64,000 nt of DNA from contig DASUGH010000158.1 in the NCBI GenBank assembly GCA_036274155.1, positions 16,017 to 80,016 of the forward strand, given 5' to 3'. This document shows positions 29,091 to 38,286 of this stretch, piece by piece. The translations under genes and the position numbers were made by a program. Every line of letters begins with the position of its first letter. Position 1 is the stretch's first letter. Below the pieces are notes generated by a model. That model ran no database searches. It saw nothing but the letters and a program-made list of their open reading frames with translations, and was not told the origin of the DNA. Source of the DNA: Vicinamibacterales bacterium (GTDB lineage: Bacteria > Acidobacteriota > Vicinamibacteria > Vicinamibacterales > UBA2999).

Positions 29091-31676
29091 ATGGGCACCG
29101 TATTCCGCCGCCTCTGGTACTGGGTCCGTCAGCGCGAGATCGAATACGGGCTCGAGGAGGAGCTCGAGTTCCACCGCGCTCTCAAGCAGCAGGAGCTCGA
29201 GGCCGAAGGCCTCTCGCCCGAAGACGCGCGACTCACCGCGCGCCGCGAGCTCGGCAACGTGACGCGCGCGCGCGAGGATTCGCGCGCCGTCTGGATGTGG
29301 CCCTGGCTCGAAACCGTGTGGCACGATGCGCGCTACGCGCTGCGCGCCGTGCGTCGCCAGCCCGGCTTCGTCCTGCTCTCGGTGGTCGTCCTGGGCGTCG
29401 CCATCGGGCTGAACGCGAGTCTCTTCACGGTATTTGCCGCCGCGGCGCTGCGGCCGATGACCGGCGTCGCCGAGCCGGCGACGCTGGTGGTGGTCTCCGG
29501 GCGTGTCCCGCAGATTCCGGACCTCCTTTCCGGCCTCTCCATTCCCGAGTTCGATGTCCTCGCCGCAGAGGCCACGACGGCTGAACTCGCGGCGGAACGG
29601 CGAATGCCGGTACGGTTCGATTCTGGCGGTGGCGCGCGGGACATGACGGCTGCTTTCGTCACCGGCAACTACTTCGAGCTGCTCGGTGTCCACATGGAGC
29701 ACGGTCGCGGTGTTCTCGCGGACGAAGACACGCGCGGCGCATCAGTGCCTGTGGCTGTCCTGAGCTATTCGCTCTGGTACACGCAATTCGGAGCGGACCC
29801 GGCCATCGTCGGAAGAACGGTTCGCGTGGCCGGGCAGCCTCATACGGTCATCGGCGTCACCTCGCGCGCGTTCGCCGGCAGTGAGCGCTCGCGAGTATGG
29901 CTCCCGCTCGCGTCGTTGCCGGTGCTGCGCCCAGGCAATACGGGGCTGGACCGCCCTCAGGACTGCTGCGCCGAGGTCTACGCGCGTCTGCGGCCGGGCG
30001 CAACGCGCGCGCAGGTGGCGACGGAGCTCCAGACGTTGAGCGATCGCTTCCGTCGGACGGTGGGACAGGACGTCCGGCCGATCGTGCTGACCGGCACGCA
30101 GGCGCTCAGGGGACGCCGCGGCGACAACCAGAGCCTGGCCATCATCGGCGTGCTCTTCCTCGGCATCATGATGGTGCTGCTGCTCGCGTGTGCGAATGTC
30201 GGAAACCTGCTGCTGGCGCGCGCCGCCACCCGACGCGGAGAGATCGGCGTTCGTCTTTCGCTGGGAGCAGCACGATCGCGCGTCGTCCGGCAGCTGTTGA
30301 CCGAGGGGTTGATCCTGGTGCTGATCGCGGCCGCTGCGGGGCTGGCGATCGCGGCGTGGCTGCCGCGCTTCGTTATGAATACAGTCGCACGGCAGCCTGC
30401 GCCGTTCGATATCGGTCCCGACGGACTCGTCTTCGCGTACACGGCGGCGATCGCGGGTATCGCGTGCCTGGCGGCGGCGCTGGCGCCGGCGCTTCACGCG
30501 ACGCGTGGCGGTATCACCGCGACGCTGAAAGGCGACGCGCTCAGCCGGTCGCGCGTGCCGCTGCGCAGCCTGCTGCTCGGCGTACAGCTGGCCCTGACGG
30601 TCGTGTTGCTGACCAGCGCCGGTCTGCTGCTTCGCGGCGTTGCCGCGGCGCGTGAGCTGGATCTCGGATTCCGCGTCGAGGGCGTCTCAGAGGTGGCCGT
30701 CGAGCTGCCGGAGCCGGACTACGACGCGGAAAGAATGCGGACTTTCCTGGCCGACTTGTCGACGGCCCTGCAGTCGGCTGGATTGACGTCCGTGGCGTTC
30801 GCGGCGCCTGGACGCGCCACTGACGAGGCCAGGTTGCCTGGCCGGGGCGCAAACCAGACCAGCCCTGTCGAGCGGCTGGACGTATCGTCCTCGTACTTCG
30901 CTCTGTTGGATGTGCCGATGACGGCGGGTCGGAGCTTCACTGACCGCGACCGGAATCCCGGTGCCGCGGTCGTCAACGAAACGTTCGCGCGCCGATTCTG
31001 GCCCGGTGAAAACGCGGTCGGCCGCTCGTTCGTCGCAGAGAATCGCACCCTCGAAGTCATCGGGGTCGTTCGCGATGCGAGGGTGCTGGGCCTGGACCCG
31101 GTGCCACCGAGCTATTTCGTTCCCCTTACTGGACCGCGAGGCACGCTATTTCCGGTGCTCCTTCTGCGATCGAACCAGCCCTCGGAAGCTGCCGCGGTCA
31201 CCGCGGTGGTCGAACGACTCGAGCCTCGCGGACGCGTCACGGTGACCCCGATGCGCAATCGGTTCGATTTCGAGCTCGCGGAGCTCGCGCTCGCTCCGCT
31301 GGCCGCATCGGTGCTGGGGCTCTTCGCACTTGGTCTGGCGACCGTTGGCATGTTTGGCGCGTTTGCCTACGCGGTGCGTCAGCGCACTCGCGAGATCGGT
31401 ATCCGACTCGCCCTGGGCGCACGGTCTGCCGATGTCGTCCGCAGCATCCTTTCAGGCAATGCTCGCGTCGTCGCGCTGGGACTCGGCGTCGGCCTTCTGG
31501 GCGCCGCCGCCGTATCGCAGATCCTGCGAAGCCTGCTCTTCGGCCTCAGCCCGCTCGATCCGCTGACGTACGCAGGCGTCGCTCTGCTGCTTGCGGCGGT
31601 CGCGTTCGTGGCCAGCTACGCTCCGACCCGGATCGCACTGCGCGTCGATGCCGCAACGACACTGCGCGCCGAGTAA
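29091..31676 (+). CDS. ADOP-family duplicated ABC-type permease
   Basis: ATG at 29091. The prefix RRLWYWVRQREIEYGLEEELEFHRALKQQELEAEGLSPEDARLTARRELGNVTRAREDSR is typical of PadR-linked permeases. Then duplicated MacB-like/FtsX halves. Confidence 0.9.
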   Translation: MGTVFRRLWYWVRQREIEYGLEEELEFHRALKQQELEAEGLSPEDARLTARRELGNVTRAREDSRAVWMWPWLETVWHDARYALRAVRRQPGFVLLSVVVLGVAIGLNASLFTVFAAAALRPMTGVAEPATLVVVSGRVPQIPDLLSGLSIPEFDVLAAEATTAELAAERRMPVRFDSGGGARDMTAAFVTGNYFELLGVHMEHGRGVLADEDTRGASVPVAVLSYSLWYTQFGADPAIVGRTVRVAGQPHTVIGVTSRAFAGSERSRVWLPLASLPVLRPGNTGLDRPQDCCAEVYARLRPGATRAQVATELQTLSDRFRRTVGQDVRPIVLTGTQALRGRRGDNQSLAIIGVLFLGIMMVLLLACANVGNLLLARAATRRGEIGVRLSLGAARSRVVRQLLTEGLILVLIAAAAGLAIAAWLPRFVMNTVARQPAPFDIGPDGLVFAYTAAIAGIACLAAALAPALHATRGGITATLKGDALSRSRVPLRSLLLGVQLALTVVLLTSAGLLLRGVAAARELDLGFRVEGVSEVAVELPEPDYDAERMRTFLADLSTALQSAGLTSVAFAAPGRATDEARLPGRGANQTSPVERLDVSSSYFALLDVPMTAGRSFTDRDRNPGAAVVNETFARRFWPGENAVGRSFVAENRTLEVIGVVRDARVLGLDPVPPSYFVPLTGPRGTLFPVLLLRSNQPSEAAAVTAVVERLEPRGRVTVTPMRNRFDFELAELALAPLAASVLGLFALGLATVGMFGAFAYAVRQRTREIGIRLALGARSADVVRSILSGNARVVALGLGVGLLGAAAVSQILRSLLFGLSPLDPLTYAGVALLLAAVAFVASYAPTRIALRVDAATTLRAE

Positions 31677-31789
31677 ACGCCGGCCCCTTGTGCGCGGTCG
31701 CGGGCGAACCGTCTCCTCACCCGAAAGAGGTGTTGTTCCGGCGACGGCGACGATCCCATAATCCGGCGCCAGCAGGGCGAGGAGGTCGG

Positions 31790-32712
31790 ATGCGGTCAGC
31801 CGTCGCGGGCGTTGTCGTTGCCGTCGTTGTTCTCGTCGCGGCCGGATGGCTGTTCCAGAACGCCATCACAGGCCGCTCCAGTGCGCGCCAGGCCGATCAG
31901 CCCGCGCGCACAGCGGATGGCAGGCCGGATCTGAACGGCATCTGGCAGGCGCTCAACACCGCCAACTTCGACATCCAGGCCCATGCCGCCAGGCCGGCTC
32001 AGGCGGTGATTCCGGCAGCGCCGCGCAGCGGAGTGGCAGGACTCGTTCGAGCCACACACGTGGAACTCCCGCACCCGTTGGTGCGGCCGCTCGGCGCCGT
32101 CGGCGGCGTTCCGGCCGGCGAGAGTGTCGTCGAGGGCGACGAGATCCCGTACCAGCCGTGGGCCGCCGCGAAGAAGAAGGAGAACGCCGAGCACTGGCTG
32201 GAGCGCGACCCCGAGATCAAGTGCTACATGCCGGGAGTACCGCGCGCGACCTACATGCCCTACCCGTTCCAGATCCTGCAGGGCACGAACACGATCGTGA
32301 TGGCATACGAGTTTGCCGGCGCCTCGCGCACGATTCACCTCGGCACGGTCTCCGACAGCCCGGCGCCGACGTGGATGGGATGGTCGCGCGGCCGCTGGGA
32401 AGGCGACTCGCTCGTCGTCGAGGTGACCGATTTCAACGAGGAGACCTGGTTCGACCGCGCCGGCAACTTCCACAGCGACCAGCTGCACGTCACCGAACGC
32501 TACACTCCGACGAGTGCAATCATCTGCTCTACGAGGCCACGATCACCGACCCGAACGTGTTCACGCGCCCGTGGTCGATCCGCATGCCGCTGTACCGGCG
32601 GCTCGAATCGGGCAAGAAGCTTCTCGAGTACAAGTGCGTGGAGTTCGTCGAGGAGTTGATGTACGGCCAGCGTGGCGTCGTCGATCCGGCGACCGGGCAG
32701 AAGAACAAGTAG
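31790..32712 (+). pseudogene. Uncharacterised secreted/anchored protein (paralogue family 'P'), interrupted by a frame change near 32505-32512
   Basis: GAGGAGG RBS and ATG at 31790. Frame A reads to ...LHVTERYTPT. The conserved C-terminus NHLLYEATITDPNVFTRPWSIRMPLYRRLE...EYKCVEF continues in the -1 frame to the stop at 32712. The paralogue at 32728 has the same order in one frame. Confidence 0.65.
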
Positions 32713-32727
32713 ACGGAGGGCTGCCAC

Positions 32728-33771
32728 ATGAACGCCCGCTATCCGGTCCTGATGCTCGCGCTCGCGGCGGCCGTTGGCGCCGCCATCGCGACGAGCGGAG
32801 CACTTCCAATCGCCATGACTGCGGAGCCGGACTCCACCGCTTCGTCGTGGAAGCAGACGACGCCCTGGGGTGATCCCGATCTGCAGGGTGTGTGGCGGTA
32901 CGAGGCCGCCATCCCGCTCGAGCGACCGGCGCGCTTCCAGGGACGCGAGTCGCTCACCGACGAGGAGCTCGAAGAGAGTCAGCGAATCGAGGACGAACAG
33001 GCCAGGCAACGTCTGGCGGGAGCGGAAGGCGCCGCCGTCGGCCGGCGATCGGTCGCCGAGTCGCCGATCCGCGGGAACGAGTACAACAGCTTCTGGCAGG
33101 ACCACGGACGGCCGCGGCAGGTCCTCCGACAGACATCTCTCATCGTCGATCCGAAGGACGGCCGGCTTCCATACACGTCAGACGCCAGGAAAGCGGAGGC
33201 GCGAGCCAGCGCCCGCTACGGCGTCGGGCCGTACGAGTCCTACCTCGATCCCGATACTGGCGAGCGCTGTCTCACGGACGGCGTCACGGCACTGATGTGG
33301 CAGGGGCCTAACGGAGGACACAACCGGATCGTGCAGAGCCCTGGCTACGTCACCATCCTCCATGAGGAGTATCTCGACCGGCGCATCATCCCGACCGACG
33401 GACGACGCCACGGCAGCATCCGGCAGTGGTTCGGCGATGCCGTCGGCAGGTGGGAAGGCTCGACCCTCGTCGTCGACACCACCATCAATTTCATCGATCG
33501 AACGAATTACGAGTGGGCGGCGATTTTCACGCGGCCGTCGGAGACGCTGCACATCGTCGAGCGCTTCACTCGCACGGGCGCTGACGCGATGGAGTACCGC
33601 ATCACCGTGGAAGATCCAGCGACGTTCGACAAGCCGTGGACGGCGGTGATTCCGATCACGCGGCTGAACGAAGGCACACAGATCTACGAGTACGCGTGCC
33701 ACGAGGGCAACTACGCGATGACGAACCTGCTGGCAGGCGGGCGTGCCGACGCGGCGAAGCGATCACGGTGA
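32728..33771 (+). CDS. Uncharacterised secreted protein (paralogue family 'P')
   Basis: Signal peptide. Conserved blocks are GERC...NRIVQSPGYVTILHEEYLDRRIIPTDGRRH...GDAVGRWEGSTLVVDTT...LHIVERFTRT...EYRITVEDPATFDKPWTAVIPI...YEYACHEGN. Confidence 0.8.
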   Translation: MNARYPVLMLALAAAVGAAIATSGALPIAMTAEPDSTASSWKQTTPWGDPDLQGVWRYEAAIPLERPARFQGRESLTDEELEESQRIEDEQARQRLAGAEGAAVGRRSVAESPIRGNEYNSFWQDHGRPRQVLRQTSLIVDPKDGRLPYTSDARKAEARASARYGVGPYESYLDPDTGERCLTDGVTALMWQGPNGGHNRIVQSPGYVTILHEEYLDRRIIPTDGRRHGSIRQWFGDAVGRWEGSTLVVDTTINFIDRTNYEWAAIFTRPSETLHIVERFTRTGADAMEYRITVEDPATFDKPWTAVIPITRLNEGTQIYEYACHEGNYAMTNLLAGGRADAAKRSR

Positions 33772-33775
33772 ACTC

Positions 33776-34204
33776 ATGCACAGACATTTCATGATCCTGT
33801 TCGTCGTAAGCGTCGTCTCGTTGCCCGCGGCGCTCCGCGCACACCATGCCTTCGCTGCGGAGTTCGACGCCAGCAGGCCGTTCAAGATTCGCGGCACCGT
33901 CGTCAAGATGGAGTGGATCAACCCGCACACGTGGCTGCACCTGGATGTGAAGCGGCCCGACGGCAAGACCGAGCGCTGGATGATCGAGGGCGGCCCGCCG
34001 AACGCGCTCTACCGTCGCGGGTTCACGAAGAACTCGCTCCCGCAAGGCGCCGAACTCGTCGTCGAGGGGTTTCGTGCCAAAGACGGGTCGCTCAAGGGCA
34101 ACGGCCGCGAGCTGACATTCGCGGACGGCAGGCGGCTGTTCGTCGGATCGTCGGGCACCGGCGCGCCCAACGACGGCAAGGAACCGCAGGGCGGCAAGGA
34201 ATAG
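33776..34204 (+). CDS. Small secreted protein, DUF6152-like, predicted mature N-terminus His-His
   Basis: MHRHFMILFVVSVVSLPAALRA|HHAFAAEFD..., followed by the WINPHTWL motif. It is a paralogue of 56572-56967. Confidence 0.75.
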   Translation: MHRHFMILFVVSVVSLPAALRAHHAFAAEFDASRPFKIRGTVVKMEWINPHTWLHLDVKRPDGKTERWMIEGGPPNALYRRGFTKNSLPQGAELVVEGFRAKDGSLKGNGRELTFADGRRLFVGSSGTGAPNDGKEPQGGKE

Positions 34205-34209
34205 CCTTT

Positions 34210-35445
34210 CTACACCTCCACCTTCAGCCGAATAGGCCGCACGACCGACAGGCGCAGCCTGCCACGGCCCACGTGATCCAGGCGGACCACGTCGGTGCGT
34301 TCCTCGAGTCGGCGCCGCAGGAGAACCAGACGCGCTTCGAGATTGTCCTGGAACTCGGGCAGCTTCAGACTCGGCTCGAGCCTGATTTCCTTGTTCGTGA
34401 ACTCCTGACTGTGCTGCTCGAGGTACAGCTGCAACAACTTCTGAAAGATACGTCCAGGCACCCCTTTGATCAGATAGGCATCATCGATGAACACGCTGTC
34501 GTCGCATGGAAAGTAGCGCACTGTGATGCCGGCGCCGTCGGTGGCCACACCAGGCGCGTGCGGTGCAGCCGCTGGAGGACCCATCGATGCCGGCGCGGCA
34601 GCAGGTTCCGCACCGCCGGCAAACCCCACGGCGATCATCGAGACCGCGAGATGGCGTGCGAGGAGCTGCATGCGCGATTCATCACGTGCGAGAAAGCGGC
34701 CGGCCGCGTCACTCTGGAGACACAGCACACCCAGCACCTCACCGCGCGCCTCCAGCGGGATCGCGAGCTGACTCTTCGCGTCGTCCAGACCCGGCAACGG
34801 AATCTCACGGGCGAGCCGGCCCGCATCGCCGATTCGCGTCAGCTCCTCGCGCACGGCACGCGAGAGCACGCGCTCCCGCGCGAAGTTCGTCGTGCGCAAC
34901 GGAATCCCGCGTGCCGCGGCCGTGCCGATCAGGCCTTCGCCGATCACGACTTCCGAGCCGACGCCCGACTCCACGAATCCGTGGCTGGCGACCGTATACA
35001 ACCGCTTGCCGGACTCGTCGCGGACCATGACGAACGACTGCGCATGTCCGAAAAGCGCGTCGAGCCGTTCGAGGGCGGTCGCGAGCAACGTGTCCAGATC
35101 GCCGCACGCAGCGAGCCGTCCCATGAACTGCGCAACGGCAGCGACCAGGCCCGTGTCGGCGTCTTCGCGGGCGCCCTGCGGGCGCACGATGGGACGGCAC
35201 CCAATCACGCGGTACACATCGACGCCGCGAAGCCGGAAGACGTCCTGCATACCGCTCTGCGACGCGATGGCGTCCAGCCGGACGCGCACGCGCTCGAACA
35301 GTGCGCCCGCTGTTTCCGTGCGCTCGAACTCCAACTCCATCCGATACTGATCCGTCGTCTCCGGAGCAACGACGATGACCTGCGCGCGAGGGTTCTCCAG
35401 GATGTTGCGCCGCGTCTTGTTGAAGAACTGGACGGAGAGGCCCAC
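34210..35445 (-). CDS. PNPOx-like + GAF + C-terminal winged-helix-like domain protein (one-component regulator candidate); N-terminus unresolved
   Basis: GAF core is ...FVMVRDESGKRLYTVASHGF...GEGLIGTAAARGIPLRT...LAIPLEARGEVLGVLCLQS. The C-terminal ...NLEARLVLLRRRLEERTDVVRLDHVGRGRLRL resembles the OmpR-type ..hi.rLRkKLe...i.tvrG.GY.l. The listed GTG 35445 is internal. The frame stays open upstream (SKKPSISTCSKEGVPNTTYLSIVHLIDESHV) to a TAG without any start codon. Confidence 0.75.
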   Translation of the reverse strand: MGLSVQFFNKTRRNILENPRAQVIVVAPETTDQYRMELEFERTETAGALFERVRVRLDAIASQSGMQDVFRLRGVDVYRVIGCRPIVRPQGAREDADTGLVAAVAQFMGRLAACGDLDTLLATALERLDALFGHAQSFVMVRDESGKRLYTVASHGFVESGVGSEVVIGEGLIGTAAARGIPLRTTNFARERVLSRAVREELTRIGDAGRLAREIPLPGLDDAKSQLAIPLEARGEVLGVLCLQSDAAGRFLARDESRMQLLARHLAVSMIAVGFAGGAEPAAAPASMGPPAAAPHAPGVATDGAGITVRYFPCDDSVFIDDAYLIKGVPGRIFQKLLQLYLEQHSQEFTNKEIRLEPSLKLPEFQDNLEARLVLLRRRLEERTDVVRLDHVGRGRLRLSVVRPIRLKVEV

Positions 35446-35708
35446 ATGCGACTCGTCGATGAGGTGGACGATCGACAGGTACGTCGTATTCGGAACGCCC
35501 TCCTTTGAGCAGGTACTGATCGAAGGCTTCTTCGACTATGGACTGCCGATCAATGGCGAGCGGCCGTCCGAAGACCGCTTGATCGAGCGAATCGTCGAAT
35601 GTGCGCCGCGGTTCGGCATCGAGGTACTCGGCCCGTCGCCGTTGTGATTCGCCAGGCGCGATCAGCGCAGGACCCGCAAACCAGTCGAGAAAGACACGAG
35701 GTGAAGCG

Positions 35709-36125
35709 ATGACCAGCACACTGCATTACGTTGCCGATCTCTTCCATGCCGTCGACGCGTTGAATGCGACGGCCTTTGCGGAGAGATTCACAGAAGACGG
35801 CACCTTCCGCTTCGGGAACGCCCCAGCCGTTGTTGGCCGGCGACAGATCGAAGAAAGTGTCGCCGGGTTCTTTTCCACGATCGGCGGTATGAAGCACGAG
35901 ATCGTGGGTGTGTGCTCCGGCGCGTGGGAAGGCGGTACGGTGACCAGCGTCGAGACGATGGTGACGTATCGGCGCAAAGATGCGACGGTCACCGACGCCA
36001 TTCCGGTGACCAGCACGCTGCGGATGCGGGGAGATCTCATCGCAGACTTTCGTGTCTTTGCGGACATCTCACCCGTCTTCGCCACCGCAGCGGGAGTCGG
36101 TGCTGGCGAGGCGGCAACCGTATGA
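35709..36125 (+). CDS. SnoaL/NTF2-like small protein
   Basis: ATG at 35709. ...DALNATAFAERFTEDGTFRFGNAPAVVGRRQIEESVAGFF... is typical of SnoaL-like/DUF4440 folds. Confidence 0.7.
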   Translation: MTSTLHYVADLFHAVDALNATAFAERFTEDGTFRFGNAPAVVGRRQIEESVAGFFSTIGGMKHEIVGVCSGAWEGGTVTSVETMVTYRRKDATVTDAIPVTSTLRMRGDLIADFRVFADISPVFATAAGVGAGEAATV

Positions 36126-36147
36126 GGACGAGCGGGGTAGCAGGCAC

Positions 36148-36417
36148 TCAGCCGCCTTCGACCGCAGACACGATGTCGATCTGATCGCCGGGCTCCACCG
36201 GGGTCCCGATTTCGCCCACGCCGAGCTGGCGGTCGTTCAGGAACACCACCATGACCGGGTTCAGCGCGCCGTCCTTCGCCCAGACGAGCGGCATCAGAGG
36301 GGGATGTCGATCGGTGAGTGCCCGGAGCGCCGACTCGACCGTCGTGGCCAGCACGTCAACGGAGTTGACGCCGCCGATGCGCTCGGCGAAGAGGTTCGTG
36401 AAGCGGATCCGGGGCAT
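36148..36417 (-). CDS. MoaD/ThiS-family ubiquitin-like sulfur-carrier protein (C-terminal Gly-Gly)
   Basis: 89 aa ending ...PGDQIDIVSAVEGG*. The beta-grasp-length protein lies immediately downstream of the AOR gene. Confidence 0.85.
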   Translation of the reverse strand: MPRIRFTNLFAERIGGVNSVDVLATTVESALRALTDRHPPLMPLVWAKDGALNPVMVVFLNDRQLGVGEIGTPVEPGDQIDIVSAVEGG

Positions 36418-36447
36418 GAAACAACCGTGGGAGTCGCGACGAAGGCG

Positions 36448-38286
36448 TCAGGACGGCGAGGCCTCTGCCATCTCCTCGATTTCCCTGTCGAACACCGCCC
36501 AGACCCGCTCGCTCAGCTGCGAGAAGAACTCGCGCGTCACGAACGGCGGAACGCCCAGGTTGGGGTTCGGGCGGTCGAACACCTCCGACGGCAGCGTGTA
36601 GTCCGATCGATCGTACCCCTGCTTGCGCTCGAGCCACAACGCGCGGACGAAGGCGCGCCGCACGGCAGCCAGCAGCTCCGCTGACGTCGCCTCGAACCCG
36701 CTCTCATGCTTCAGCGCCTCGACGACGTGGTCGGCGCTGACGCCGGCGAACTTGCACAGGCCGAGCAGGTCGTCGCGCACGAAGTACAAGCCGCGTTCAG
36801 TAATCAGCTTCGCCCAATAGTCGAGCGAGGTGTTGCCCTCGAGCGCCAGCGCCATGTAGGTGGCCATCGACATGTGTCCGCCGGCGATCGCCCACGGATA
36901 GCCCGGGTTCGTATCGGGCTGGTAGGCGGGGAACTCCATGCCCTTGCTGTGCATCGCATACCCGGTCTCCCCGAGCTTCTCCGACAGCCGCTTCACGCCG
37001 CGGCCCACCTCGGGAAACCGCCCCGTGGCAGCGCCCTCGATGAGCTCGCGCGCCTTGTCGAAGTCGCCAAAGGTCGCGCCGTTCAGAATCGGCGCGTCCG
37101 GATGCCGCTGGTTGTAGTCCATCACGTACGAGATCGTCGTGCCCAGCGAGATGTTGTCCATCCCGAGGTGGTCGACCAGGCTGATGAGCGCGGCAGCCTT
37201 GCGCGGATCGTGAATCGCGATGTTGGTCGACAGGAGGTTCACCGGCTCATAGTCGAACTTGGCCAGAAAAGCGCCGCGCGTCCCGTCGGCGTTCTTCTCG
37301 TACACGTTCTTGTGGCAGTTGATGCCGCAGCGGAAGCACGACTCGGCCTTGACGACGAACTGCGGCTGGACGTGGTCGCGGAACATCAGCTCGGGCTTGC
37401 CGTCGCCCGTGGGCCGGAAGTTGTTCTGCGGGACGAAGTGGAACTTTTCGAGCGGCTCGTAGTTCGACCAGGTCCCGCCGAGCCCTCCCTTGTCCTTCTC
37501 GCGGAATTTGCGCGATCCGGGGCCGGTCGACGCCGCCTTGTTGATGTCGCGGATCTCCGGCTTCAGCTTGGCGATGCGGTCTGGCGTCTGCGCGACGATC
37601 GCCAGCACGCGCTTGTACCCCATGACGGCGCCCATGCCACCACGGCCGGCCCACCGGCACTTGTCGTCGCCCGACCTGAGCTGGTTTTCGGTGCTGAGCG
37701 CCACCGCCGCCATGTAGCAATCCTCGTAGTGCTCGCCGGCGGGACCGATCACCGCGAAGTGCGCGTCGGCGTATCGATCGCGCAGCCACATGATCTTGTC
37801 GTGGCAGGCGAGCCCGAGCAGATCGCCTGCGGGCTCGAACCCAATCTGCGGACCTTGCTCGCTGTGACGGATCACCAGGTACACCGGCACGTCGGCCCGG
37901 CCTTCCAGAATCATCTCGTCGAGCCCGGTCCATTTGAGCTTCGGGCCGAACTTGCAGCTGCCGGCCGACCACATCGCGGCGGGCAGGCCCTTGTTGGAAA
38001 TCTTGAGTGGGCTGTAGGCCGAGAAATACGTGCGCAGACCGGTCATGACGTTCGACGCCGTCAGCACACCGGTGTTGACGATGAGCGGATTGTCGGGCGT
38101 GAACGCGTGCGTGATGGTCCGCTCCGCCAGGATCTGGAACGATCGTCCGAATCCCCCCAGCACATCCTCGAGGTTCCGGCAGGGCACGTCTTCGACGCGG
38201 ACGTCCCGGGATGCCAGGTCGACGGTCGCACGCGTGTAGACGACCGCGCGAGGGTCGCTATGGGATCCGTTGAACGAGGTGCGCAT
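36448..38286 (-). CDS. aor: Aldehyde:ferredoxin oxidoreductase family (tungstopterin enzyme)
   Basis: N-terminal AFOR_N pattern ...VDLASRDVRVEDVPCRNLEDVLGGFGRSFQIL. FeS cysteines ESCFRCGINCHKNV. C-terminal AFOR_C region. 612 aa. Confidence 0.92.
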   Translation of the reverse strand: MRTSFNGSHSDPRAVVYTRATVDLASRDVRVEDVPCRNLEDVLGGFGRSFQILAERTITHAFTPDNPLIVNTGVLTASNVMTGLRTYFSAYSPLKISNKGLPAAMWSAGSCKFGPKLKWTGLDEMILEGRADVPVYLVIRHSEQGPQIGFEPAGDLLGLACHDKIMWLRDRYADAHFAVIGPAGEHYEDCYMAAVALSTENQLRSGDDKCRWAGRGGMGAVMGYKRVLAIVAQTPDRIAKLKPEIRDINKAASTGPGSRKFREKDKGGLGGTWSNYEPLEKFHFVPQNNFRPTGDGKPELMFRDHVQPQFVVKAESCFRCGINCHKNVYEKNADGTRGAFLAKFDYEPVNLLSTNIAIHDPRKAAALISLVDHLGMDNISLGTTISYVMDYNQRHPDAPILNGATFGDFDKARELIEGAATGRFPEVGRGVKRLSEKLGETGYAMHSKGMEFPAYQPDTNPGYPWAIAGGHMSMATYMALALEGNTSLDYWAKLITERGLYFVRDDLLGLCKFAGVSADHVVEALKHESGFEATSAELLAAVRRAFVRALWLERKQGYDRSDYTLPSEVFDRPNPNLGVPPFVTREFFSQLSERVWAVFDREIEEMAEASPS

